Below, in pieces: positions 28,776 through 43,500 of a stretch of DNA of 64,000 bases (within the stretch, counting starts at the first letter, position 1; the number at the start of each line of letters is the position of its first letter). The stretch is from Paragordius varius (taxonomy: Eukaryota > Animalia > Nematomorpha). The stretch covers positions 10,354,001 through 10,418,000 of the forward strand of contig OZ176050.1 in assembly GCA_964247055.1 (NCBI GenBank). Reading direction: 5' to 3'. The notes under the pieces were generated by a model. That model saw nothing but the letters and a program-made list of their open reading frames with translations. It ran no database searches and was not told the origin of the DNA. The position numbers were made by a program, and so were the translations under genes.

Positions 28776-29014
28776 TAGGGGTGTTTAATATATGACTATC
28801 CAAGACTTTTAGTGCAGCTCGCGAAATATTTGAATTTACAAAAATATTTTCACAAAATCTTTGTAAAATTTATATTTAACAAGTTTTCTAAATACGTTTA
28901 TTTGATTGACAAGAATAGGATATGTTTGAAATTTAATAAATTAGTAATGAATGCCTATATATATATATATATTTCAAATGCGGCCCACAAAGTCATTTGT
29001 GTTGGACGCCCCTG
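28776..29014. mobile_element. hAT (Charlie-like) MITE
   Basis: Ends taggggtgtttaa and aaatgcggcccacaaagtcatttgtgttggacgcccctg. Same family as 34168-34450. No intact TSD. Confidence 0.6.
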
Positions 29015-29051
29015 ATTTAGACTTATGTTACACACTAAAATGTAAACTTAC

Positions 29052-32000
29052 CTTATTTCTCATTTGAATTTTCGGGTAAATGGATTGTGGGAAAGGGAGT
29101 GTAGCCACAAATTTTCCACTCCCTTGTGTCGTATGTTCTTCTATCAAGGTTATTTCAGTTCCACCCGTATGCATATCTGTGACATCTTTTTCGCCTGTCA
29201 TTTGAGCAACAAGACGTCCGCGTGAAATGACATAACAAGGAGAACCGTGAACTTCCATACCCTCGAAAACGTTAAAATCAACCTTTAAATGATGATTTTT
29301 GGCCGATATAATACGAGTAACATACGGGTCCCATACCACTACATCGGCATCTGCACCAACTTGTATGCGTCCCTAGTAAAGTAGAATTTTAGTCTTAGCA
29401 TCAAAAGCAAAAATAAGATATGGGTATTGTTGAATATTAGATTAAATTATCAATTTGTTTATAGTTATTTCTGAGGATCAAAATAATGCATATGAATATA
29501 CGTCAATAATAATTATTCCTACTGAGCAAATTAATGTGAGGAATACCGTTTTATTTTGGATATTAATGATGAAAAGTCACAAACTTGAAATTCCCTTTAT
29601 TATATTTACAAAGGTAAATGATTCCATATTAATTATTAAAAATTTATTTTGCTTGATATTAATAATAATAGACAATGGTATTATTTTGTTTTTAAGGAAT
29701 ATTTTTATGATATATTATTTACGATTCAAATTTACCCTTGAACAATTAAAATTTACTCTAAAAATAAAATGATGTGTTTTTCGGGCTAATATAACTCATT
29801 TTATTATAATAAAATATATCTTCATGGCTTAGTTTATTATTTTTTGAGTATTATTTTTATTTTAAACATTTTATCTAAAAATATATGATAAAAATATAGT
29901 TAATTTTTGATCTTAAAAAACAAATAATATATTTTAGGGTGAATTTGAATGTTTAAGGGTATTTGAAGTGTAAATGTATTTAAATAGGCCAAAGCTAGTT
30001 ATTTTAGCATCAAGTTATATTACTTTTTTTGGATAAAGATTAAAAATTTTGGCTGCATTTGTGCTTGACACAGCTACGAATCGGCACGGATCCATTTTAC
30101 CGGAAATCTATTAAATATCATATTTTATCATTAATAAATATTTATATACCACTTATTTTTTAATCAACAAATTAAATATTTTAACAAGAAAATTGTACCT
30201 AGTTTGTAAAAATTAAATTTTAGGAAATTTTAATTACATTAATATTATCTTCTTCGGGATATATGATAGAGAAAGCGGATATATATTTTACTTAATTTGG
30301 ACCTGTTTTTATTAATTTTTTGGAATTAGTTTAACAATGTGAAAATTTAGGTTTAGCATCCCAAAGATCATAAACTGATAAATTAATTTATCAGGACAGG
30401 CGATTAAAGTTATCATGGGTATTTATATTTGGTCCTTACTCCTTAATCAAAAAAGAAACAAAAGGCCCAAACTATATATTTATTAAATACTATTAAAATT
30501 TACATATTTTATCAAAAAGTCTTTGAAGGCATATGAATTATGACCTTTTCTACCTATATATTCCTCAACTTGGTTTGAAATGAAACAAAAGATTAATTTT
30601 TTCCAGTTAAAATTACCACTCCTTTCTCCCAAAGTAGGGACATCCACTCCTCCACACCATTAACACCTTCAGGCAACAATCTGAAATCCATCGATTTATC
30701 ATGGATTGCCTTACGTTGAGCTTGACTCCAAGTACGATTATTACTGGCACACAACTGTAAATCATTGTTGGCAAGGTGATTCATGAGTGTAGGGGGCGTT
30801 GAAGGATCCGGTCTTAGCGGTGGACTCGTGATATGGCCAGCAGCATGAGACCATTTCGAATTGAAATAATTCGTTCCATCAGTAGCTAATGCTGCGGCGT
30901 TTGCCTCACCATACACGATATGTCCTGCAATAACAAGTGACATGTATAACTTTAAACGTATTTTTATGTTAAATATTTTGTAAAAAATGTGATGCAAGCA
31001 AGCAATATGTTTGTCAGGAAAGTTGGATAAAATAAAAGCCACTCTTTTGTTTAAACTCGTTAAAAGTTTATAATCCTATTAAAATTAATAAACAAGTAGC
31101 CATTTTTTGATAGTAAAAAAACCATATCACCCACCAGTTGGCTAATTAATATTAACAAAAATCGGAACATTATGTTGATAGAATAATCTCTAAACTGATA
31201 GATACCTTGTTGACGTGCCTTTGCAATAAAAAAAGCTGGGGTTTTGCTCATAACACTAACGATATATAAGGGACAATTGACTTGTCCAGCAATTACTATT
31301 GCTCGTTGTGTAGCTTCTCCTTCGATCTCTTCCGGACTGCAAAGTAAAACTCCTTCTGGCCCATTAATTCCTTGCTCTATTAGTTTTTCCGCATTCTGTA
31401 CCATATAATATGGTGTGTTATTCACTAATAATTTTAATTTGCTTTAAATGGGAAACCAATATGGTAGATTATAAAAGCGCCAATTAGTCTAAAATTTTTC
31501 GACATTATATAATTTAATGTAATGCTACCAAATGTTTTATGTCACCATTTTCACAATGAACCATAGCTATCGCACCAATCTTCCTGATATGTTCCATGGC
31601 TTTATACATATCAGTATCAGTTATTTGGTATAATCCTTTATAAGCCATGTAGAGCACAAACGAATTAACACCTAATTTCAAATATTATTTATAAAGTAAT
31701 TTGAACGCTTTAATTTTTATTATATATATAATAACCATCATTACCAGAATCTCTGACAAGGTTGGTCATTTGATTAGCAATATCATCGTTCCAGCAAGCA
31801 ATACCCACATGTAATGAATAATCGCAACAAACCTTTTGATCAGCCCGGTTTCTCCATCTAATAATGTTTTATTATAAAAAGGGTTTAATAATTTTTCAAG
31901 TTATTTATGAATACTTGATTTCAAAAGTGTAATATATACATATTATCCGATGTATTTTTACCTAGTTATTTTATATAAAAATAAGTAATGTTTTAAGGAT

Positions 32001-32750
32001 TTTTTAGTAACAAGTAATAATTTAAAATTTGTTAATACATTCTTTTCGAAAAAAAGAATTTTTTTTTAAAAAAAATATTAATAATCATTATATTAATTAT
32101 TATTACTCATAATTTTTGGATAAACTTCGGATTCGATAAACAAATGTTTATAAAATATTTATGTTTTTATGTATACATTAATAATTTTAGTTTAAAGGTT
32201 CCCTCAAAATAATAATTATTTACTCTTTATAAGTTTCAGTCAGAGAATACGTCCCTGGCTTTATTGCGCAATCAATGATTGTGGTAATTCCACCGGCTAA
32301 AGCAGCCCGTGTCCCATCATAAAAATTATCAACAGATTCAATATCCATCCAAGGAGCTTCAAAATGTGTGTTTGCATCGATTCCCCCTTTTTCAATCAAT
32401 TAGTTTAAAAATATGAATCAAACTGTGGTAAAAATATAAAAATATTTTAAACTCGCATTAATACAATTATAAACAGTTTAAGCTTTAAATTATATACCTG
32501 GTATAATGAATCTTCCTTTGCAATCTATAACTTGAGCATTTTCATCAGACAAATCTTTACCAATAGCCCTGAATTATGGGGATATTTATCAAACAAAAGA
32601 AGTATAAACAAATTTATATGGTATCGTAAAAATTAAACCAATTTTATACTTAATAATTTGGTCGGAAATTAGAACATCACAATCAAACATAAGATCATCG
32701 TTAACTATTTTTCCATATTTTAGAAGCAACGGTTTGTGATTGTTAGCCAT
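29052..32750 (-). CDS. CRMP: Collapsin response mediator protein / UNC-33-like (non-catalytic dihydropyrimidinase homologue); terminal exon(s) unresolved, probably ~28.0-28.2 kb
   Basis: Exons 32750-32650, 32568-32498, 32386-32224, 31857-31745, 31671-31529, 31395-31206, 30924-30617, 30107-30024 and 29372-29052 (498 codons). Motifs: [119 protein letters not shown] strong GTAAGT donor at 29051 shows that the gene continues. Confidence 0.92.
29715..29985. mobile_element. Decayed copy of the 8745-9055 fold-back element, in a CRMP intron
   Basis: Shares the arms ttcaaatttacccttgaacaatt / ttttagggtgaatttgaatg and the internal ttttcggg(c/a)taatat..aactcat segment. Confidence 0.6.
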
Positions 32751-34167
32751 TGATTTCAGATTTTTAAGAATTTATTTTTCAAATAATAAGTGTAAGATTA
32801 TTTAAGTTCAAATTATGAAACTAATAAAATTATTGATTGTTAAAATATTTATTTATTCTTATTAAATTTTAGCATTACATTTATTTTCTATTATTAAGTA
32901 ACCTCTAATCATCATTATTCTATTACCATGCGTAAGCTATGTATGATTAAGCATAATTATACATTATTATTTAATGAACCAATCTTTTGCTTTAATATTA
33001 AAATGATACAATCTTTATTACCATAATGTAAAATATTAAAATTAAAGATTTTAAAACCATCGCAACGGATGTTTTTCATTAATTTAAAATATATATTTTT
33101 TAAAATGCATAAATACAACAAACATCATTTTATTAAAAGTATAGTGGAATATTTTTACCATTAACATTAAAATATTTGTTGAAGCTTCACAATTAAACGA
33201 TCCAATACCATTTTAATATCCTATTTAAATCCATTGATATATAACAAAATTATAAAACTTGTAAATTTTAATATTTGTATATGGATTATTTTTTGTAGGT
33301 GTACCCATTTTTAGCTCTTTTTTGTAAATCCGTTTTGTAAACCTGTTTGTACAATAATGGTAATAACGCGCTGAAATGGTCATAAAACTGTTTTTTTAGT
33401 TTTCATTAGTATTGATTTATATTACTTATATCTGGTCTAATTTACACATGCCGATATATACATATGGACTTAAACCCTAAAGTTATTTCGGTGCATATAA
33501 TGACTTCCTTGAATTTTCCGATATAAAAAACAACATAAAAGCATTAAAATAATTGTGTGCTGCAATTATTACAAACTATTTGGGTTTTTTTAAAAATTTT
33601 GATTGTTGTCTTTTACATATTAATAATATTAAATAAGGTTTTTTATTATCCAATTATAATGTGAATTTTTCAAATAAATGTGGTTTTAAGCTTATTATTT
33701 TAACCTAATAAGTTTAATAGTTATCTTCGATTAACGTCATCTCAAGGTTTTTATGTAACCGTTAGCTTTCAATTTTGGTGATAAATCCATAATCTTGTTG
33801 GTGAATTTTATATTTTATTAATTAGTGTCATTGGCATTGACGACTCATAAATACAAAAGCTATATTGAAATCTACATTAGAGACAACTTTGGACTGATGT
33901 TATTAGTAAATTTTAAGATGCAAAAATTTGTAAAAACCTCGAAAATGCTAAAGTATCCTAGATTTTTCAACTTTTAATGTTTATTAGTGCTATATATTTG
34001 AAAACTTTACGGGGTTTCTTTATATCGTAAAATGCTGTGGCTGAAAAATTGAAAAATAGTTATTTTATATTTTTTTATCATCGCTTTTAAAGATTGTCAA
34101 TATATAATCTTTATATATTTAAAGATTAAAACGAAAAAAACATTCCATAATCAATATAATGTTGAAT

Positions 34168-34450
34168 CAGGGGTGTCTAACATGGGGCTCGGTGGCCCCA
34201 TTCGGCCCTCTAAGATATTTCTGCTGCCCGCGAGAAATATCAAATACAAAATTTTACAGAATCCAAGAAAAATTATGTTCTTAACGAAATTTTCTGATAA
34301 ATTTTTTGAATTTTGGCAATGAACCAACAAAGAATGTTAAAATAAATAGTTGTTTTTACGGTATTAAGTTTAAAATCTAATAAAATATTTGTTAAGGCCA
34401 ATATATTTTCCAAATGCGGCCCGCGAAGCCATTTGTGTTGGATACCCTTG
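34168..34450. mobile_element. hAT (Charlie-like) MITE just upstream of the satellite
   Basis: TIR-like ends caggggtgtctaaca and tgttggatacccttg, the subterminal gcggcccgcg motif, and right flank atctagag. Confidence 0.7.
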
Positions 34451-34599
34451 ATCTAGAGCCTAAATTTTGTTCCACGGGTATTTTTATCAACCAACTATTT
34501 TATGCAATCAAACATGTTAACCCTATTATTTCTTGGTATTTTTAAAGATATACACCAACGTTTCATAAAATGAAAATATATGAATTAAATATATAATGT

Positions 34600-37500
34600 A
34601 TCGGTATTTTCGACAATACATATCTTTTTAAACAACATATTAATAAGTATAGGGATTTTTGACAATTACTTGTAACTTCAAAACAATCAAATTATATTAT
34701 CCAATCAAGTATGGGTATTTTCAACAATCATTCGTAACTATTCAACAAACAAATTATATTATCCAATCAAGTATGGATATTTTCAACAATCATTCGTAAC
34801 TATTCAACAAACAAATTATATTATCCAATCAAGTATGGGTATTTTCAACAATCATTCGTAACTATTCAACAAACAAATTATATTATCCAATCATGTATGG
34901 GTTTTTTCAACAATCATCCGTAACATCTCAACAATCAAATTATATTATCCAATCAAGTATGGGTATTTTCAACAATCAACCGTAACTTCTCAACAATCAA
35001 ATTATATTATCCAATCAAGTATGGGTTTTTTCAACAATCATCCGTAACATCTCAACAATCAAATTATATTTTCCAATCAAGTATGGGTATTTTCAACAAT
35101 CAACAGTATCTATTAAACAATCAAATTATATTATCCAATCAAGTATGGGTATTTTCAACAATCAACCGTAACTTCTCAACAATCAAATTATATTATCCAA
35201 TCAAGTATGGGTATTTTCAACAATCAACAGTATCTATTAAACAATCAAATTATATTATCCAATCAAGTATGGGTATTTTCAACAATCAACCGTAACTTCT
35301 CAACAATTAAATTATATTATCCAATCAAGTATGGGTATTTTCAACAATCATTCGTAACTATTCAACAAACAAATTATATTTTCCAATCAAGTATGGGTAT
35401 TTTCAACAATCATTCGTAACTATTCAACAAACAAATTATATTATCCAATCAAGTATGGGTTTTTTCAACAATCATCCGTAACATCTCAACAATCAAATTA
35501 TATTATCCAATCAAGTATGGGTATTTTCAACAATCAACCGTAACTTCTCAACAATTAAATTATATTATCCAATCAAGTATGGGTATTTTCAACAATCATT
35601 CGTAACTATTCAACAAACAAATTATATTATCCAATCAAGTATGGGTTTTTTCAACAATCATCCGTAACATCTCAACAATCAAATTATATTTTCCAATCAA
35701 GTATGGGTATTTTCAACAATCAACCGTAACTTCTCAACAATTAAATTATATTATCCAATCAAGTATGGGTATTTTCAACAATCAACCGTAACTTCTCAAC
35801 AATCAAATTATATTATCCAATCAAGTATGGGTATTTTCAACAATCAACCGTAACTTCTCAACAATCAAATTATATTTCCAATCAAGTATGGGTATTTTCA
35901 ACAATCAACCGTAACTTCTCAACAATCAAATTATATTATCCAATCAAGTATGGGTATTTTCAACAATCATTCGTAACTATTCAACAAACAAATTATATTA
36001 TCCAATCAAGTATGGGTATTTTCAACAATCAACCGTAACTTCTCAACAATCAAATTATATTATCCAATCAAGTATGGGTATTTTCAACAATCAACCGTAA
36101 CTTCTCAACAATCAAATTATATTATCCAATCAAGTATGGGTATTTTCAACAATCAACCGTAACTATTCAACAATCAAATTATATTATCCAATCAAGTATG
36201 GGTATTTTCAACAATCAACCGTAACTTCTCAACAATCAAATTATATTATCCAATCAAGTATGGGTATTTTCAACAATCAAATTATATTATCCAATCAAGT
36301 ATGGGTATTTTCAACAATCAACCGTAACTTCTCAACAATCAAATTATATTATCCAATCAAGTATGGGTATTTTCAACAATCAACCGTAACTTCTCAACAA
36401 TCAAATTATATTATCCAATCAAGTATGGGTATTTTCAACAATCATTCGTAACTATTCAACAAACAAATTATATTATCCAATCAAGTATGGGTATTTTCAA
36501 CAATCAACCGTAACTTCTCAACAATTAAATTATATTATCCAATCAAGTATGGGTATTTTCAACAATCATTCGTAACTATTCAACAAACAAATTATATTAT
36601 CCAATCAAGTATGGGTATTTTCAACAATCAACCGTAACTTCTCAACAATCAAATTATATTATCCAATCAAGTATGGGTATTTTCAACAATCATTCGTAAC
36701 TATTCAACAAACAAATTATTTTATCCAATCAAGTATGGGTATATTCAACAATCAACCGTAACATCCTAACAATCAAATTATATTATCCAATCAAGTATGG
36801 GTAATTTCAACAATCAACCGTACTTCTCAACAATCAAATTATATTATCCAATCAAGTATGGGTATATTCAAATATCTACCGTAACTTCTCAACAATCAAA
36901 TTATATTATCCAATCAAGTATGGGTATTTTCAACAATCATTCGTAACTATTCAACAAACAAATTATTTTATCCAATCAAGTATGGGTATATTCAACAATC
37001 AACCGTAACATCCTAACAATCAAATTATATTATCCAATCAAGTATGGGTATTTTCAACAATCAACCGTACTTCTCAACAATCAAATTATATTATCCAATC
37101 AAGTATGGGTATATTTAAATATCTACCGTAACTATTCAACAATCAAATTATATTATCCAATCAAGTATGGGTATTTTCAACAACCAACCGTAACTTCTCA
37201 ACAATCAAATTATATTATCCAATCAAGTATGGGTATTTTCAACAATCAACCGTAACTTCTCAACAATCAAATTATATTATCCAATCAAGTATGGGTATAT
37301 TCAAATATCTACCGTAACTATTCAACAATCAAATTATATTATCCAATCATGTATGGGTATTAATCAACCGTAACTTCTCAACAATCAAATTATATTATCC
37401 AATCAAGTATGGGTATATTCAAATATCTACCGTAACTATTCAACAATCAAATTATATTATCCAATCAAGTATGGGTATTTTCAACAACCAACCGTAACTT

Positions 37501-40500
37501 CTCAACAATCAAATTATATTATCCAATCAAGTATGGGTATATTCAAATATCTACCGTAACTATTCAACAATCAAATTATATTATCCAATCAAGTATGGGT
37601 ATTTTCAACAACCAACCGTAACTTCTCAACAATCAAATTATATTATCCAATCAAGTATGGGTATTTTCAACAACCAACCGTAACTTCTCAACAATCAAAT
37701 TATATTATCCATTCAAGTATGGGTATTTTCAACAATCATCCGTAACTTCTCAACAATCAAATTATATTATCCAATCAAGTATGGGTATATTCAAATATCT
37801 ACCGTAACTATTCAACAATCAAATTATATTATCCAATCAAGTATGGGTATTTTCAACAACCAACCGTAACTTCTCAACAATCAAATTATATTATTCAATC
37901 AAGTATGGGTATTTTGAACAATCAACTGTAACTATTCAACAATCAAATTATATAATCCAATCAAGTATGGGTAATTTCAACAATCAACGGTTACTCCTCA
38001 ACAATCAATTTATATTATACAATCAAGTATGGGTATTTTCAACAATCAACCGTAACTTCTCAACAATCAAATTATTTTATTCAATCAAGTATGGGTATTT
38101 AAACAATCAACGGTAAATCCTCAATAATCAATTTATATTATTCAATCAAGTATGGGTATTTTCAACAATCATCCGTAACTTCTCAACAATCAAATTATAT
38201 TATTCAATCAAGTATGGGTATTTTCAACAATCAACCGTAACTTCTCAACAATCAAATTATATTATCCAATCAAGTATGGGTATTTTCAAAAATCAACTGT
38301 AACTTCTCAACAATTAAATTATATTATACAAACAAGTAAGGGTATTTTTAACAATCAACCTTAACTATTCAACAATCAAATTATATTATTCTATCAAGTA
38401 TGGGTATTTTCAACAATTAACCGACTATTCAACAATCAAATTATATTATTCTATCAAGTATGGGTATTTTCAATAATCAACCTTAACTATTCAACAATCA
38501 AATAATATTATACAATCAAGTAAGGGTATTTTTAACAATCAACCGTAACTATTCAACAATGAAATTATATTATACAATCAAGTAAGGGTATTTTTAACAA
38601 TCAACCGTAACTATTCAACAATCAAATTATATTATTCTATCAAGTATGGGTATTTTCAACAATTAACCGACTATTCAACAATCAAATTATATTATTCTAT
38701 CAAGTATGGGTATTTTCAATAATCAACCTTAACTATTCAACAATCAAATAATATTATACAATCAAGTAAGGGTATTTTTAACAATCAACCGTAACTATTC
38801 AACAATCAAATTATATTATACAATCAAGTATGGGTATTTTTAACAATCAACCGTAACTTCTCAACAATCAAATTATATTATCCAATCAAGTATGGGTATT
38901 TTCAAAAATCAACTGTAACTTCTCAACAATTAAATTATATTATACAAACAAGTAAGGGTATTTTTAACAATCAACCTTAACTATTCAACAATCAAATTAT
39001 ATTATTCTATCAAGTATGGGTATTTTCAACAATTAACCGACTATTCAACAATCAAATTATATTATTCTATCAAGTATGGGTATTTTCAATAATCAACCTT
39101 AACTATTCAACAATCAAATAATATTATACAATCAAGTAAGGGTATTTTTAACAATCAACCGTAACTATTCAACAATGAAATTATATTATACAATCAAGTA
39201 AGGGTATTTTTAACAATCAACCGTAACTATTCAACAATCAAATTATATTATTCTATCAAGTATGGGTATTTTCAACAATTAACCGACTATTCAACAATCA
39301 AATTATATTATTCTATCAAGTATGGGTATTTTCAATAATCAACCTTAACTATTCAACAATCAAATAATATTATACAATCAAGTAAGGGTATTTTTAACAA
39401 TCAACCGTGTCTATTCAACAAAATTATATTATACAAACAAGTAAGGGTATTTTCAAAAATCAACTGTAACTTCTCAACAATTAAATTATATTATACAATC
39501 AAGTATGGGTATTTTCAAAAATCAACTGTAACTTCTCAACAATCAAATTATATTATCCAATCAAGTATGGGTATTTTCAAAAATCAACTGTAACTTCTCA
39601 ACAATCAAATTATATTATCCAATCAAGTATGGGTATTTTCAAAAATCAACTGTAACTTCTCAACAATCAAATTATATTATACAATCAAGTATGTGTATTT
39701 TCAACAATCAACCGTAACTTCTCAACAATCAAATTATATTTTACAATCAAGGATGGGTATTTAAACAATCAACGGTAAATCCTCAATAATCAATTTATAT
39801 TATTCAATCAAGTATGGGTATTTTCAACAATCATCCGTAACTTCTCAACAATCAAATTATATTATTCAATCAAGTATGGGTATTTTCAATAATCAACCGT
39901 AACTTCTCAACAATCAAATTATATTATCCAATCAAGTATGGGTATTTTCAAAAATCAACTGTAACTTCTCAACAATCAAATTATATTATCCAATCAAGTA
40001 TGGGTATTTTCAAAAATCAACTGTAACTTCTCAACAATCAAATTATATTATACAATCAAGTATGTGTATTTTCAACAATCAACCGTAACTTCTCAACAAT
40101 CAAATTATATTATTCAATCAAGTATGGGTATTTTCAATAATCAACCGTAACTTCTCAACAATCAAATTATATTATCCAATCAAGTAAGGGTATTTTCAAA
40201 AATCAACTGTAACTTCTCAACAATTAAATTATATTATACAATCAAGTATGGGTATTTTCAATAATCAACCGTAACTTCTCAACAATCAAATTATATTATC
40301 CAATCAAGTATGGGTATTTTCAAAAATCAACTGTAACTTCTCAACAATCAAATTATATTATCCAATCAAGTATGGGTATTTTCAAAAATCAACTGTAACT
40401 TCTCAACAATCAAATTATATTATACAATCAAGTATGTGTATTTTCAACAATCAACCGTAACTTCTCAACAATCAAATTATATTTTACAATCAAGGATGGG

Positions 40501-43500
40501 TATTTAAACAATCAACGGTAAATCCTCAATAATCAATTTATATTATTCAATCAAGTATGGGTATTTTCAACAATCAACCGTAACTTCTCAACAATCAAAT
40601 TATATTATTCAATCAAGTATGGGTATTTTCAACAATCAACCGTAACTTCTCAACAATCAAATTATATTATTCAATCAAGTATGGGTATTTTCAACAATCA
40701 ACCGTAACTATTCAACAATCAAATTATATAATTCAATCAAGTATGGGGAATTTCAACAATCAACGGTTACTCCTCAACAATCAATTTATATTATACAATC
40801 AAGTATGGGTATTTTCAACAATCAACCGTAACTTCTCAACAATCAAATTATTTTATTCAATCAAGTATGGGTATTTAAACAATCAACGGTAAATCCTCAA
40901 TAATCAATTTATATTATTCAATCAAGTATGGGTATTTTCAACAATCAACCGTAACTTCTCAACAATCAAATTATATTATTCAATCAAGTATGGGTATTTT
41001 CAACAATCAACCGTAACTTCTCAACAATCAAATTATATTATTCAATCAAGTATGGGTATTTTCAACAATCAACCGTAACTTCTCAACAATCAAATTATAT
41101 TATTCAATCAAGTATGGGTATTTTCAACAATCAACCGTAACTATTCAACAATCAAATTATATAATCCAATCAAGTATGGGGAATTTCAACAATCAACGGT
41201 TACTCCTCAACAATCAATTTATATTATACAATCAAGTATGGGTATTTTCAACAATCAACGGTAAATCCTCAATAATCAATTTATATTATTCAATCAAGTA
41301 TGGGTATTTTCAACAATCATCCGTAACTTCTCAACAATCAAATTATATTATTCAATCAAGTATGGGTATATTCAACAATAACGGTAACTCCTCAACAATC
41401 AATTTATATTATTCAATCAAGTATGGGTATTTTCAACAATCAACGGTTACTCCTCAACAATCAATTTATATTATACAATCAAGTATGGGTATTTTCAACA
41501 ATCATCCGTAACTTCTCAACAATCAAATTATATTATTCAATCAAGTATGGGTATATTCAACAATAACGGTAACTCCTCAACAATCAATTTATATTATTCA
41601 ATCAAGTATGGGTATTTTCAACAATCAACGGTTACTCCTCAACAATCAATTTATATTATACAATCAAGTATGGGTATTTTCAACAATCAACCGTAACTTC
41701 TCAACAATCAAATTATATTATACAATCAAGTATGGGTATATTCAACAATAACGGTAACTCCTCAACAATCAATTTATATTATTCAATCAAGTATGGATAT
41801 TTTCAACAATCAACGGTTACTCCTCAACAATCAATTTATATTATACAATCAAGTATGGGTATTTTCAACAATCATCCGTAACTTCTCAACAATCAAATTA
41901 TATTATTCAATCAAGTATGGGTATTTTCAACAATCAACCGTAACTTCTCAACAATCAAATTATATTATACAATCAAGTATGGGTATATTCAACAATAACG
42001 GTAACTCCTCAACAATCAATTTATATTATTCAATCAAGTATGGGTATTTTCAACAATCAACGGTTACTCCTCAACAATCAATTTATATTATACAATCAAG
42101 TATGGGTATTTTCAACAATCAACCGTAACTTCTCAACAATCAAATTATTTTATTCAATCAAGTATGGGTATTTAAACAATCAACGGTAACTCCTCAACAA
42201 TCAATTTATATTATACAATCAAGTATGGGTATTTTCAACAATCAACGGTACCTCCTCAACAATCAATTTATGTTATACAATCAAGTATGGGTATTTTCAA
42301 CAATCAACCGTAACTTCTCAACAATCAAATTATATTATTCAATCAAGTATGGGTATTTAAACAATCAACGGTAACTCCTCAACAATTAATTTATATTATT
42401 CAATCAAGTATGGGTATTTTCAACAATCAACCGTAACTATTCAACAATCAAATTATATAATCCAATCAAGTATGGGTATTTTCAACAATCAACGGTAACT
42501 CCTCAACAATCAATTTATATTATTCAATCAAGTATGGGTATATTCAACAATAACGGTAGCTCCTCAACAATCAATTTATATTATTCAATCAAGTATGGGT
42601 ATATTCAACAATAACGGTAACTCCTCAACAATCATTTATATTATTCAATCAAGTATGGGTATTTTCAACAATCAACCGTAACTATTCAACAATCATATTA
42701 TATAATCCAATCAAGTATGGGTATTTTCAACAATCAACGGTAACTCCTCAACAATCAATTTATATTATTCAATCAAGTATGGGTATATTCAACAATAACG
42801 GTAGCTCCTCAACAATCAATTTATATTATTCAATCAAGTATGGGTATATTCAACAATAACGGTAACTCCTCAACAATCAATTTATATTATTCAATCAAGT
42901 ATGGGTATTTTCAACAATCAACCGTAACTATTCAACAATCATATTATATAATCCAATCAAGTATGGGTATTTTCAACAATCAACGGTAACTCCTCAACAA
43001 TCAATTTATATTATTCAATCAAGTATGGGTATTTTCAACAATCAACCGTAACTTCTCAACAATCAAATTATATTATTCAATCAAGTATGGGTATTTAAAC
43101 AATCAACGGTAACTCCTCAACAATTAATTTATATTATTCAATCAAGTATGGGTATTTTCAACAATCAACCGTAACTATTCAACAATCAAATTATATAATC
43201 CAATCAAGTATGGGTATTTTCAACAATCAACGGTAACTCCTCAACAATCAATTTATATTATTCAATCAAGTATGGGTATATTCAACAATAACGGTAGCTC
43301 CTCAACAATCAATTTATATTATTCAATCAAGTATGGGTATATTCAACAATAACGGTAACTCCTCAACAATCAATTTATATTATTCAATCAAGTATGGGTA
43401 TTTTCAACAATCAACCGTAACTATTCAACAAACAAATTATATAATCCAATAGGGTATGGGTATTTTCAACAATCAACGGTTAATCCTCAACAATCAATTT

